From: an uncultured Anaerolinea sp.
GTDB lineage: Bacteria; Chloroflexota; Anaerolineae; Anaerolineales; Villigracilaceae
Length of the DNA stretch: 64,000 nucleotides
Direction: 5' to 3'
NCBI GenBank assembly: GCA_964422545.1
Contig: CAYRBO010000016.1
Coordinates: forward strand, 15,794 to 79,793
Made by a program: the position numbers and the translations under genes. The notes beneath the pieces were generated by a model. It saw only the letters and a list, made by a program, of their open reading frames with translations. It was not told the DNA's origin and searched no databases. How positions within the stretch are numbered: the stretch's first letter is position 1; every line of letters begins with the position of its first letter. This document shows, piece after piece, positions 24,275 to 33,341 of this stretch.

Positions 24275-25477
24275 TCACTCAATCGCCAAATCACCAAATT
24301 CTTTCATCACAGTGTTCAAGTCTTTATCACCGCGACCAGAGAGATTGACGAGGATGATTTGGTCGGGGCGCATGTGGGGAGCGCGTTTGAGCACTTCGGC
24401 AATGGCATGGGACGATTCGAGGGCCGGGATGATGCCTTCGGTGCGGCACAAGGTCTGGAAGGCGCTCAGGGCTTCTTCGTCGGTGGCGGAGGTGTAGAAG
24501 GCGCGTTCCTGGTCGCGCAGGTGGGCGTGTTCGGGGCCGATGGCGGCGTAATCGAGACCCGCCGAAACAGAATGAGTTTCAGCGATTTGGCCGTCTTCGG
24601 TTTGCAGGACAAAGGTGCGGGTTCCATGAATCACGCCCAGGCGTCCACGCAAGGGGTCGCCAAAGCGGGCAGCATGTTTGCCGGTGGCGATTCCGCTGCC
24701 GCCCGCTTCTACCCCAATCAGTTCGACATCCGCATCCTCCACAAAGCCGCTGAAAACACCGATGGCATTCGACCCGCCGCCAACACAGGCGATGACCGTA
24801 TTGGGCAGGCGGCCTACTTCTTTAAGAACCTGTTCGCGGGCTTCGCGGCCAATTACGGACTGGAATTCGCGCACGATGGTGGGGTAGGGATGCGGGCCGA
24901 GGGCCGAGCCAAGCAGGTAGTGGGTGGCGCGGACGTTGGTGACCCAGTCGCGGATGGCTTCGTTGATGGCGTCTTTGAGGGTTTGCGTACCGCTGGTAAC
25001 AGGGCGGACTTCTGCGCCAAGCAGTTTCATGCGGAAGACGTTGGGTTCCTGGCGGGCGATGTCTACCGCACCCATGTAAACGACACATTCCAGGCCGAGC
25101 AGGGCGGCGGCGGTGGCAGATGCGACTCCGTGCTGGCCTGCGCCGGTTTCGGCAACGATGCGGCCTTTGCCCATCCGTTTGGCGAGCAGGGCCTGACCGA
25201 GGGCGTTGTTGATTTTGTGCGCGCCGGTGTGGGCCAGGTCTTCACGCTTGAGGTAGATTTGCGCGCCGCCGAGCTGTTCAGAGAGCCGCCGGGCGTAGGT
25301 GAGCGGGGTGGGGCGGCCAACGAAGTCGGCCAGCAGTTTGTTGAACTCGCGCTGGAATTCGGGGTCGCGCTGTGCGGCGACAAACTCGGCTTCGAGTTCG
25401 GTTAATGCGGGCATGAGGGTTTCGGGGACGTATTGTCCGCCGTAGGGGCCGAATTTTGGGGAGAGGAGGGTGGGCAT
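24275..25477 (-). CDS. trpB: Tryptophan synthase beta chain
   Basis: [16 protein letters not shown]-lysine region [17 protein letters not shown]. Stop abuts the trpA start. Confidence 0.9.
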   Translation of the reverse strand: MPTLLSPKFGPYGGQYVPETLMPALTELEAEFVAAQRDPEFQREFNKLLADFVGRPTPLTYARRLSEQLGGAQIYLKREDLAHTGAHKINNALGQALLAKRMGKGRIVAETGAGQHGVASATAAALLGLECVVYMGAVDIARQEPNVFRMKLLGAEVRPVTSGTQTLKDAINEAIRDWVTNVRATHYLLGSALGPHPYPTIVREFQSVIGREAREQVLKEVGRLPNTVIACVGGGSNAIGVFSGFVEDADVELIGVEAGGSGIATGKHAARFGDPLRGRLGVIHGTRTFVLQTEDGQIAETHSVSAGLDYAAIGPEHAHLRDQERAFYTSATDEEALSAFQTLCRTEGIIPALESSHAIAEVLKRAPHMRPDQIILVNLSGRGDKDLNTVMKEFGDLAIE

Positions 25478-25514
25478 GGGATTTTTTTATTTTCGATTTT
25501 TTGATTGGGCGATT

Positions 25515-26177
25515 TTATTGGCGAACGGCCTGAACGAAGGCTTGTATTTTGGCCGGGTCTTTGACGCCGGGGGCCGATTCGACGCCGGAGGCAACGTCCA
25601 CGCCCCAGGGTTGGACGCGGGCGATGGCTTCAGCCACGTTTTCGGGGGTCAGGCCGCCTGCCAGCAGGAGCGGAATCTGTTTGGCGAGTTGGGCGGCGGC
25701 GTCCCAATCGGCGGTGACGCCTGAGCCGCCGTACAGGCCGGGGACGGAGGCATCGGCCAACAAGGCAGGGTTGGCAACGGATAGGAACGGATAAACGGAT
25801 GGCGTCAACGGATAGGAACGGATAAACGGATGGTTGTCAACGGATGAATCGGATGACAAACGAATGGCTTTGAAGGCGCGGGGGCCGAGTTCGGCCAGCA
25901 TTTCGGGGGGTTCGTCGCCGTGCAGTTGGGCCAGGTGCAATTGAGCGGTTTCCAAGATGGAACGGATTTCTGAAACGGATGAGTTGACGAAAACGCCAAC
26001 CAGGACAATTTCAGGACGTTTTTGGCGTAAAACGGATGCAATCTTGCGGCAGGTCTCCGGGGCAATGCAGCGCGGGCTTTTGGGGTAGAAATTGAAGCCG
26101 AGCATGTCCGCGCCCGCTTCGATGGCGGCGAGGGCGTCGGGGAGGGTTTTCAGGCCACAAATCTTTATCTTAGTCAT
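25515..26177 (-). CDS. trpF: Phosphoribosylanthranilate isomerase, with an in-frame tandem-repeat insertion
   Basis: Real start MTKIKICGL at 26177. The upstream part of the ORF is encoded by the GCAGAAT repeat and is not genuine. A ~30-aa insert NHPFIRSYPLTPSVYPFLSVANP is encoded by tandem AACGGAT-type repeats at 25774-25865. Confidence 0.8.
   Translation of the reverse strand: MTKIKICGLKTLPDALAAIEAGADMLGFNFYPKSPRCIAPETCRKIASVLRQKRPEIVLVGVFVNSSVSEIRSILETAQLHLAQLHGDEPPEMLAELGPRAFKAIRLSSDSSVDNHPFIRSYPLTPSVYPFLSVANPALLADASVPGLYGGSGVTADWDAAAQLAKQIPLLLAGGLTPENVAEAIARVQPWGVDVASGVESAPGVKDPAKIQAFVQAVRQ
25774..25865. repeat. Tandem 32-bp direct repeat (caacggataggaacggataaacggatgg x2 plus a partial copy) inside the trpF coding sequence
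   Basis: Directly visible tandem duplication. Translated in frame as HPFIRSYPLTPSVYPFLSV. Confidence 0.7.
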
Positions 26178-26265
26178 AGGAAAATGCAGAATGCAGAATG
26201 TAGAATGTAGAATGCAGAATGTAGAATGATGAATGCGGAGCGCAGAATATTCTGCATTCATCATT
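26178..26265. repeat. Heptamer (GCAGAAT/GTAGAAT) tandem array with an inverted partner (attctgcattcatcattctacat) forming a long hairpin, trpC-trpF intercistronic
   Basis: aatgcagaatgcagaatgtagaatgtagaatgcagaatgtagaatgatgaatgcgg...cagaatattctgcattcatcattctac. Confidence 0.7.
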
Positions 26266-27114
26266 CTACATTTGGGCTAGTTCCCTTATCTTGGCCGGAA
26301 TATCCTCCGCTGTCACCAGGGCTTCGCCGACCAGGATGGCGTCTACGCCGATTTTTTGCAGGCGGGCGACATCGGCGGCGGTGAAGATGCCAGATTCGGC
26401 GACGAGGGTGATTTCGGCGGGAATGAGGGGGCGAATCCGTTCGGTGGTTTCGAGCGAGACTTCAAATGTGGACAGGTTGCGATTGTTGATGCCGATGAGC
26501 CGGATGCCAGGGATTTTGAGGGCGCGTTCGGTTTCGGCTTCGTTGTGGACTTCGACCAGGGCGGCGAGCCCCAGGCTGAGGGCGCAGGCGTGCAAGTCGG
26601 CGAAGCGGGCGTCGTCGGGCAGGGCGGCGGCGATGAGCAGGATGGCGTCGGCGCCGTTGGCGCGGGCTTCGTAGATTTGGGAGTCGTCAATGATGAAATC
26701 TTTTCGTAAGAGCGGTAATTGGTGATTGGTAATTCGTAATTGGCGCAGGGTTTCGAGTTTGCCCTGGAAGAATTTTTCGTCGGTGAGGACGCTGATGGCG
26801 GATGCGCCGTTTTGGGTGTAGAGGTCGGCTACCTGGAGCAGGTCGAGGTGTGGGGCCAAAACCCCCTTCGAGGGGCTGGCGCGCTTGAGTTCGGCAATCA
26901 GGGCGGGGGGCTTTTCCCTCACCCCTATCCCCTCTCCCGGTGGGAGATGGGGATTTTTCCCCCTTCCCCCGTTGAGGGAAGGGCCGGAGATGAGAGCAGC
27001 GAGAAAATCGCGAGGCGCAGGGGAAGATTCTGCGGCGCGGCGCAGGGCCGGGGCGTCGAGCGCCGCGATTTCCAGGCGTTTTTGTTCGAGGATGGTTTCG
27101 AGGATGTTGGTCAA
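26266..27114 (-). CDS. trpC: Indole-3-glycerol phosphate synthase, with an in-frame palindromic mini-insertion
   Basis: IGPS motifs (LIAELKRASPSKG...). TTG start at 27114 with GGAGG 7 nt upstream. A ~25-aa insert GPSLNGGRGKNPHLPPGEGIGVREKPP is encoded by the palindromic element at 26910-26990. Confidence 0.85.
   Translation of the reverse strand: MTNILETILEQKRLEIAALDAPALRRAAESSPAPRDFLAALISGPSLNGGRGKNPHLPPGEGIGVREKPPALIAELKRASPSKGVLAPHLDLLQVADLYTQNGASAISVLTDEKFFQGKLETLRQLRITNHQLPLLRKDFIIDDSQIYEARANGADAILLIAAALPDDARFADLHACALSLGLAALVEVHNEAETERALKIPGIRLIGINNRNLSTFEVSLETTERIRPLIPAEITLVAESGIFTAADVARLQKIGVDAILVGEALVTAEDIPAKIRELAQM
26910..26990. repeat. Palindromic mini-element (CCCTCACCCC-n3-CCCCTCTCCC-n4-GGGAGAKGGGA) inserted in frame in trpC
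   Basis: Shares a ~45-bp core with 36980-37035 in priA. Both are translated in the same frame as LPxGEGxGVR. Confidence 0.6.
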
Positions 27115-27179
27115 CGGATGGCCTCCGGCGAAGCGAATAAACGGATTTTGGGAACGGATATGGAACGGATAAACGGATT
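27115..27179. repeat. AACGGAT-type repeats (AUCCGUU in the mRNA sense) filling the trpD-trpC intercistronic gap
   Basis: aataaacggattttgggaacggatatggaacggataaacggattttaagcggatgg: six copies of the ..cggat.. motif. Confidence 0.6.
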
Positions 27180-28211
27180 TTAAGCGGATGGCGAGGTGAA
27201 GGATTGGCTGAATTCGACGAGTTGGGTCATTTTGGCAAGGGCCGCGCCGCTGGCAAGGGAGTCTTCGGCTTCGGCCAGGGCGGTTTTGATGTCGCCGGTT
27301 TGGGCGGCCAGGGTGCCGGCAGCGTTGAGCAGGACGGCATCGCGGCGAGGGCCGTTCAGTTTGCCAGTGAACAAGTCACGCATCATCTGGGCTGCTTCGT
27401 CGGGAGTGCCGCCGCGCAGGTCGGCGATGGTGGCGCGCGGCAGGCCGTAGTCGGCGGGGTCGAGGTCGTAGGTGCGGACGGCGCCATCTTGCAGGTGGCT
27501 GACGCGGTTGGGGCCGAGCAGGCTGAGTTCGTCTGTCCCGCCTGCGCCGTGAATGACCAGCGCGGCATGGCTGCCGAGTTCGTTGAGAACGTGGGCAAGC
27601 GGTTCGGTGAGCGTGGGAGCGTAAACGCCCGTCAGTTGGATTTCGGCCCCGGCGGGGTTGGTGAGAGGCCCGAGGACGTTGAAGATGGTGCGCTGGCCGA
27701 TTTCCTTGCGCGGGCCAACGGCATGTTTCATAGCCGGGTGGAATTTGGGCGCGAACATGAAGCCGATGCCGATTTCGTCAATGGCCTGGCCGACCTGTTC
27801 GGGGGTCAGGTCGAGGTTGAGACCCAGGGCAGCCAGCACGTCGGCGCTGCCGCATTGGGAGGATGCGGCGCGGTTGCCGTGTTTGGCCACCCGTCGCCCG
27901 GTTCCGGCCACGACAAAGGCTACGGCGGTGGAGATATTGAAGGTGTGCGCGCCATCGCCGCCGGTGCCGACGACATCGTAAATGGGTTGGGAGCGGTCGC
28001 TGACCGGCACTTTGAGCGAAACGGCCCGCATGGCGCGGACTGAGCCGGTAATTTCTTCGACCGTTTCGCCTTTCATGCGCAGGGCGACGAGGTAGGCGCC
28101 AATTTGGGCCGGGGTGGCCTGGCCGGTCATGATGATGGTCATGGCCTGCTCGGCTTCTTCGGCGGTCAGGTCGGTGCGATTAATGACTTGGGCGATAAAG
28201 GGTTTTAACAT
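27180..28211 (-). CDS. trpD: Anthranilate phosphoribosyltransferase
   Basis: GTGGDG motif. Real start MLKPFIAQVI at 28211 with a GGAGG RBS. The ORF extension to 28265 is repeat-encoded. Confidence 0.85.
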   Translation of the reverse strand: MLKPFIAQVINRTDLTAEEAEQAMTIIMTGQATPAQIGAYLVALRMKGETVEEITGSVRAMRAVSLKVPVSDRSQPIYDVVGTGGDGAHTFNISTAVAFVVAGTGRRVAKHGNRAASSQCGSADVLAALGLNLDLTPEQVGQAIDEIGIGFMFAPKFHPAMKHAVGPRKEIGQRTIFNVLGPLTNPAGAEIQLTGVYAPTLTEPLAHVLNELGSHAALVIHGAGGTDELSLLGPNRVSHLQDGAVRTYDLDPADYGLPRATIADLRGGTPDEAAQMMRDLFTGKLNGPRRDAVLLNAAGTLAAQTGDIKTALAEAEDSLASGAALAKMTQLVEFSQSFTSPSA

Positions 28212-28228
28212 AAGGGCCTCCGGAAAAT

Positions 28229-28281
28229 TCAAAATGAAGAATGCAGAGTGCAGAATATTCTTCATTCTGAATTCTGCATTT
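28229..28281. repeat. GCAGAAT heptamer hairpin element, trpG-trpD intercistronic
   Basis: aatgaagaatgcagagtgcagaatattcttcattctgaattctgcattt. Confidence 0.65.
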
Positions 28282-28282
28282 G

Positions 28283-28846
28283 TTAAAGGTTCAGGAAGTT
28301 TTGCAAGATTTGCTTGCCGTGCTGGGTAAGAATCGATTCGGGATGGAATTGAACGCCGTAAGTTTCGGCGGTTTTATGTTTCAAGCCCATAATTTCACCT
28401 TCGGCGGTGAAAGCGGTCACTTCCAATTCGGCGGGGACGGGCGATTCGACAATCAGCGAGTGGTAGCGGGTGGCTTCAAAGGGGCTGGGGATGCCGTTGA
28501 ACAATCCCTGGCCGTAGTGGTGGACGCGCGAGGTTTTGCCATGCATCAGGCGCGGGGCGCGCGAGACTTTGCCGCCATAGATTGCGCCCAGGCATTGATG
28601 ACCCAGGCAAACGCCCAAAACAGGAATTTTGCCAGTGAAATGGCGCATGGCCTCGGCGGAGATGCCTCCATCGGCGATGGGTTCGCCAGGGCCGGGAGAA
28701 ATGACCAGGTGCGAAGGCTGGAGCGCAATCAACTCGTCGAGCGTAATCTGGTCATTGCGAAAGACGCGAATATCGGCGCCGAGTTCGCCGAAGTATTGGA
28801 CGAGGTTGTAGGTGAAGGAGTCGTAGTTATCAATGAGGATGAGCAT
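28283..28846 (-). CDS. trpG: Anthranilate synthase component II (glutamine amidotransferase)
   Basis: [18 protein letters not shown]..., catalytic Cys in GVCLGHQ, triad His in the HPES segment. Confidence 0.85.
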   Translation of the reverse strand: MLILIDNYDSFTYNLVQYFGELGADIRVFRNDQITLDELIALQPSHLVISPGPGEPIADGGISAEAMRHFTGKIPVLGVCLGHQCLGAIYGGKVSRAPRLMHGKTSRVHHYGQGLFNGIPSPFEATRYHSLIVESPVPAELEVTAFTAEGEIMGLKHKTAETYGVQFHPESILTQHGKQILQNFLNL

Positions 28847-28861
28847 AAGGAAAACCTTTCT

Positions 28862-28936
28862 AAATGCAGAATGATGAATGATGAACGCAGAATGAAGAGC
28901 GGTTTTTATTCTGCATTCTGCATTCTAACTTCTGCA
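28862..28936. repeat. GCAGAAT heptamer hairpin element, trpE-trpG intercistronic
   Basis: aaatgcagaatgatgaatgatgaacgcagaatgaagagcggtttttattctgcattctgcattctaacttctgcatt. Confidence 0.65.
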
Positions 28937-30397
28937 TTATTTTTCTTCCGCCATTTCGACCGCTTTCAGCACGGCGCGGGCTTTGTTGAGGGTTTCTTCG
29001 TATTCTTTGGCCGGGTCAGAATCGGCGACGACTCCGGCGCCAGCCTGCACGCTGACCGTCTGGCCGTGACCGACCAGGGTGCGGATGGCGATGCAGGTAT
29101 CCATGTTGCCGTCGAAGGAGAAGTAGCCGATTGCGCCAGCGTAAGGGCCGCGCGCGTCTGGCTCAAGGTCGGCGATGATTTCCATCGCGCGGACTTTGGG
29201 CGCGCCAGAGACCGTGCCAGCCGGGAAGGTAGCCCGCACCAGGTCGAAGGCGCTCAGTTCGGGGCGCAGCGTCCCTTCGACGTGCGAGACGATGTGCATG
29301 ACGTGCGAATAACGCTCGATGGTGAAAAACTCAGGCACTTTGACCGTGCCAAATTCGCAAACGCGTCCCAAGTCGTTGCGGCCCAGGTCAACCAGCATGA
29401 TGTGTTCGGCGCGTTCTTTGGGGTCGGCCAGCAGGTCGGCGGCCAGGGCCTGGTCGGCAGCGGTATCGGCTCCGCGTGGGCGCGTCCCGGCGATGGGGCG
29501 CAGGCTGGCTTTGCGGCCTTCGAGACGGACGAAAATCTCAGGCGAAGCGCCGACGATGTAGAACGGTTCGCCATCCAGGTCGCCAAAGTCGAAAAAGTAC
29601 ATGTAGGGCGAGGGGTTCAGCCGCCGCAGAGCGCGGTAGATGTCGAACGGGTCACTGTGGGCCGGGCGCGACAGGCGCTGTGAGAGCACGACCTGGAAAA
29701 TATCACCAGCGGCGATGTGTTCCTTGCCAATCCGCACGGCCTGTTCGTACTCGGCCTGGGTTAAGTTCGAGGTCACTTCAACGGCGGCAGGCTGCGGAGC
29801 ATCCGTTCCGCGCGGTAGCGGCAAACGGGCGCGTAAACGCGCTTCAATGTCGTCTAATTTGCGGTTGGCAGCGTCCACATCCCCATCAAAGGCATAAGTG
29901 ATGAGGTTGATGGTGTGGCGGGCGTGGTCGAAGGCGATGAGGGTATCGGCCAGCAGGAAAACTGATTCGGGCAGCGTGCCGCTTTGCAGGTGCTTTTGCA
30001 GGCGCGGCTCGAAGTAGCGGATGGTTTCGTAACCCAGGTAACCCACCAGCCCGCCGATAAAGCGCGGCAGGCCTTCGGGCAGTTCGGGGGTGAAGCCGGA
30101 TAACTGGGATTGCAGGTAGTGGAGCGGGTCTTGCCCCGGGGGGATTTGGATATGCTCGATGGCGTTTGCCGAGCGGCGTTCTACGCTCTGGCCTGTAATC
30201 CGATACTCGTAGCGTGGCTCAATGCCGATGAAGGAGTAGCGGGCGATGCGCTCGCCGCCTTGAACCGATTCGAGCAGGAAGGAGGGGCCGCCGCCGCGCA
30301 CCTTGAGATAGATGCTGGCCGGAGTATCGAGGTCGCCCGGCAGACGGCGGATGATGGGGGCGAGGCTGGTGGTAGTTTGGATGAGTTCGGTGACCAT
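28937..30397 (-). CDS. trpE: Anthranilate synthase component I
   Basis: Chorismate-binding family signature (..GAIGYFSFDGNMDTCIAIRT..). AAGGA RBS and ATG at 30397. Confidence 0.9.
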   Translation of the reverse strand: MVTELIQTTTSLAPIIRRLPGDLDTPASIYLKVRGGGPSFLLESVQGGERIARYSFIGIEPRYEYRITGQSVERRSANAIEHIQIPPGQDPLHYLQSQLSGFTPELPEGLPRFIGGLVGYLGYETIRYFEPRLQKHLQSGTLPESVFLLADTLIAFDHARHTINLITYAFDGDVDAANRKLDDIEARLRARLPLPRGTDAPQPAAVEVTSNLTQAEYEQAVRIGKEHIAAGDIFQVVLSQRLSRPAHSDPFDIYRALRRLNPSPYMYFFDFGDLDGEPFYIVGASPEIFVRLEGRKASLRPIAGTRPRGADTAADQALAADLLADPKERAEHIMLVDLGRNDLGRVCEFGTVKVPEFFTIERYSHVMHIVSHVEGTLRPELSAFDLVRATFPAGTVSGAPKVRAMEIIADLEPDARGPYAGAIGYFSFDGNMDTCIAIRTLVGHGQTVSVQAGAGVVADSDPAKEYEETLNKARAVLKAVEMAEEK

Positions 30398-30700
30398 AGA
30401 TGTCCTTTCTTAAGAGAATAGTCCCCTCCGTCCGTTGGGACGAGAGGGGACTCCCGTGGTACCACCCAATTTACGCTTGCTTAAGAAAAATCCCTGTTGT
30501 GATGCAACAGGGAAAGGAGAGCCAGCGTCACTTTTTCGGGTACGGCCAGGTTTGGCTTATACCCTCACCCTGTAACGGGAGTTCCCGGATTAGGTTACTT
30601 TTTGGGTTCCGCTGCCATCCGTTTTTCCGGTTGGTATCCGTTCCCATGTTCACCCGCTCAACTCGGTGGGCCATTCGGCTTCTGCGCTTTTACCGGATTC
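30398..30700 (-). promoter_or_regulatory. Tryptophan T-box riboswitch leader with intrinsic terminator
   Basis: In the minus-strand sense: T-box consensus AAAUUGGGUGGUACCACGGG (GGGUGGNACC core), directly followed by terminator GGGAGUCCCCUC-loop-GAGGGGACU plus UAUUCUCUU. Structured upstream hairpins (CCCUGUUGCAUCACAACAGGG). Lies immediately 5' of trpE. Confidence 0.6.
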
Positions 30701-30878
30701 ACACCAGGCACCGGCTCTCTGAAAATCGCTTTGAAGCGTACTCGTCCACGTCTTCGTTTTTGGTTGTTAAGTTGGGCGTGATTATATGCCGCAAAGCAGA
30801 TTTGTCAAGACAAAAACGGCAACAAAAAGAACTGCCCCACATGGGATTATGGAGCAGTTCCAGTTGAAATGGTGAGTA

Positions 30879-33125
30879 TCAGGCTTTTCTATCGTCCGCA
30901 GGCAGAGAAGCGGGTTCTCCTGCAACGATGGCAGACGGTTCATCCACATCCACGCCGGTTTTGGCTTTCTTCTTACCGTCACCCAGGTCGATTCCAAACA
31001 GTTTCAAGATGGGGACAATGGGCAAGTCGCCGACGACGCGGAAATTGGCGTCCTGGCGCAGTTGATTGAGGCTGGTGGTCAGGTCTTGCTTGCCAGCGAT
31101 GACCGGGGTCAGACGTTCCACCAGGTCGGCTACCTTCAGGCTGGAGAAGACGCGCGGGTTGACTTCGGACATGACTTGCTGAATGTAGGGCCGGAAACTG
31201 TCGATGTTCTCGCGCACCCAGTCAATGGTGGCGTTCTCGGCTTCGTCTACCTGGGCACTATTAACGCCATTGGCATTGATGATGCGCCCAATGAGGGGCA
31301 CTTCCTCGCCCAGCAGGTTGATGCTCTGCGAGAAACTCATCAGGTCGGTGATGATTTTGCCGGTCTGCCCGCCGGTTCCGTAGATGTGAACCTTGACTCC
31401 CGGCGCCATTGCCATGAAGGCTTCTTTGTAGGCCTCTACTTGCAAGGTGGCGAGCCGTTCGCGGTGAGCGTGTTCGAGCTTCATTTTTTCGAGTTCGACC
31501 AGCACCGGGGCTTTCTCGTACAGGTCGACCAGTTTTTGCTGGGCGGTGATTTCGACTTCTTTTAGCCGCTGGAGACGCTCGGCCTCCACCTCGGCCTGGG
31601 CGCGGGCGATTTCAGCCTGGGCCAGACCCTCGGCGCGGTTGACAACGACCTGCTTTTCGGCAACCTGCACGCGGGCCGCCTCGACTTCGGCTTCAGCCAG
31701 ACCCTGGGCCGCCGCTTCGGCGCGGGTGGCCTCAGCCCGGATTTTAGCGGCGCGGGCGCGCTTTTCGGTAGCGGTCGATTCGGCGTCGGCCTTGATGAGC
31801 TCGGCTTTGGTCTGGGCTTCGGTGCGCATCTGCAACGCGCGGGCCTCGGCCTCGGCTTCCACTTTCAATGATTCGGCCAGTTTGTTGGCTTCGACCAGCG
31901 CAATTTCTTTTGCGCGTTCGGCGGCGGCCAGTTGCTCGGCGCGTAATCGCGCGGCTTCAGCCTGAGTGCGCTCGGCGGCGCGCTCAATCTGGCGAATTTG
32001 TTCCATCGCCAGGCGTTCAGCCTCGGCTTTGGTCTCTGCCAGTTTGATGGCCGCATTTTTCTGCTGTTCGAGGGCGCGCAATTCAGCCTCGCGCTCCTTT
32101 TGGATGCGCGCCAGAGTAGCGGCTTTTTCTGCTTCGGCCTGACCGAGGGTTTGACCCAACTGCACCTTGGCAATATCGGTCTCGTGCGCGGCGGTCGCGG
32201 CTGCTTTTGCCAATTCCAACTGCTTGACTTCCAGTTCGTGACGGCGAATTGCCAGGGCTTCCTGCTGAGAGAGCGTTGCAGTTTCAACTTCGCGCTCGGC
32301 TTCCAGCCGTTCAGCAGCCAGTTTCTTCTCGGTTGCGGCACGGATTTCGGCCTCTGTGCGCTCGCGTCCCTGGTCGTCTTGCAGTTCCTGCACCTGTTCC
32401 TTGTTGGTGGCGATGCTGGTCTCTTTGGAGATGCGCGATTCAGCCTGCTCCACCAGTTTATGGTAGGCCATGCCTTCCAGTTTGGTGATGGTCAGCAGCG
32501 CCAGGTCATAGCCAAGTTCGGAAAGAATATTGTTGACCTTGGGAAAGGCAATTTCGGCTAATTTTTGACGATTGGCGATGATGTCCTGCAACCCCATTGT
32601 CGCAGCGGCGGCTATCAATTCTGCCGTGCCGACCTCGGTGATGGTGTTGATGAGACCGCCCGTATCGAGACCGACGCGCTGGGCGGCGATATCCGCTTTC
32701 TCTGGGTTAAGTTTGGCAACAGCGTGCGCCCACAACCGAAAACTGACTTTGCTGTTATCAAGCGCTTCCACGCCTTCATCGTTATTACCGCGAATTGGGA
32801 CGGTGAAACTGATGGTTTTGAGTTTGATGACCTGGGTCAGCGGGTTCAACCAGTAACGGGAAGGGCGCGCCGCGCTTTGCCCGAATACTCGGCGGTCATT
32901 GGACATGGCCGCAATGTGCAGGCCATCCCCGACCACCACATGGATTTCATCCGGCGGAACGATGATACGGCGGCCAAAGCCAAATACGTTGCGGGTGCGG
33001 TCAGCCTGGGTACGCAATGCTGACATGCTGGTATTGAATTCTTCCATTTGTTGTTCAGATTTGCGCCGGGAAGGCGTGGCCTGGTCAGACTGCGCGGCGT
33101 CGTTCTTTTGCTTGTTGTCCATCAT
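30879..33125 (-). CDS. Flotillin-like SPFH/band-7 protein with long Ala/Glu-rich coiled coil
   Basis: Start ATGATG at 33125 preceded by GGAG. N-terminal SPFH domain, ~350 aa of EA-rich heptads, flotillin C-terminal region. Confidence 0.75.
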   Translation of the reverse strand: MMDNKQKNDAAQSDQATPSRRKSEQQMEEFNTSMSALRTQADRTRNVFGFGRRIIVPPDEIHVVVGDGLHIAAMSNDRRVFGQSAARPSRYWLNPLTQVIKLKTISFTVPIRGNNDEGVEALDNSKVSFRLWAHAVAKLNPEKADIAAQRVGLDTGGLINTITEVGTAELIAAAATMGLQDIIANRQKLAEIAFPKVNNILSELGYDLALLTITKLEGMAYHKLVEQAESRISKETSIATNKEQVQELQDDQGRERTEAEIRAATEKKLAAERLEAEREVETATLSQQEALAIRRHELEVKQLELAKAAATAAHETDIAKVQLGQTLGQAEAEKAATLARIQKEREAELRALEQQKNAAIKLAETKAEAERLAMEQIRQIERAAERTQAEAARLRAEQLAAAERAKEIALVEANKLAESLKVEAEAEARALQMRTEAQTKAELIKADAESTATEKRARAAKIRAEATRAEAAAQGLAEAEVEAARVQVAEKQVVVNRAEGLAQAEIARAQAEVEAERLQRLKEVEITAQQKLVDLYEKAPVLVELEKMKLEHAHRERLATLQVEAYKEAFMAMAPGVKVHIYGTGGQTGKIITDLMSFSQSINLLGEEVPLIGRIINANGVNSAQVDEAENATIDWVRENIDSFRPYIQQVMSEVNPRVFSSLKVADLVERLTPVIAGKQDLTTSLNQLRQDANFRVVGDLPIVPILKLFGIDLGDGKKKAKTGVDVDEPSAIVAGEPASLPADDRKA

Positions 33126-33341
33126 TATTACTCCTTTTTGGGAAAATGCCACCGTCCCGCCAAGAACACGGGGCTTTTGGAACACACCCAAGGTTCACCG
33201 GTGATGAGCGGTTGTTTACACAGATATTCGCAAATTGCGCGAAAAAGTTTCAGGCCAAAACAGGCTTTTCGATTTCCACCGTATGGGCGGTTGAGGGCAT
33301 GCGCTACCAGTCTATGGTTGCAGCCTGTCGCCACCGTCAAC

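Noticed and set aside
24260-25405. 381-aa plus-strand ORF opposite trpB, and the similar long plus-strand ORFs opposite trpD (27204..28043) and trpG/trpE (28280..29683)
   Set aside because: All are antisense to genes with unambiguous Trp-enzyme motifs. Gly/Ala/Arg-rich artefacts of high GC.
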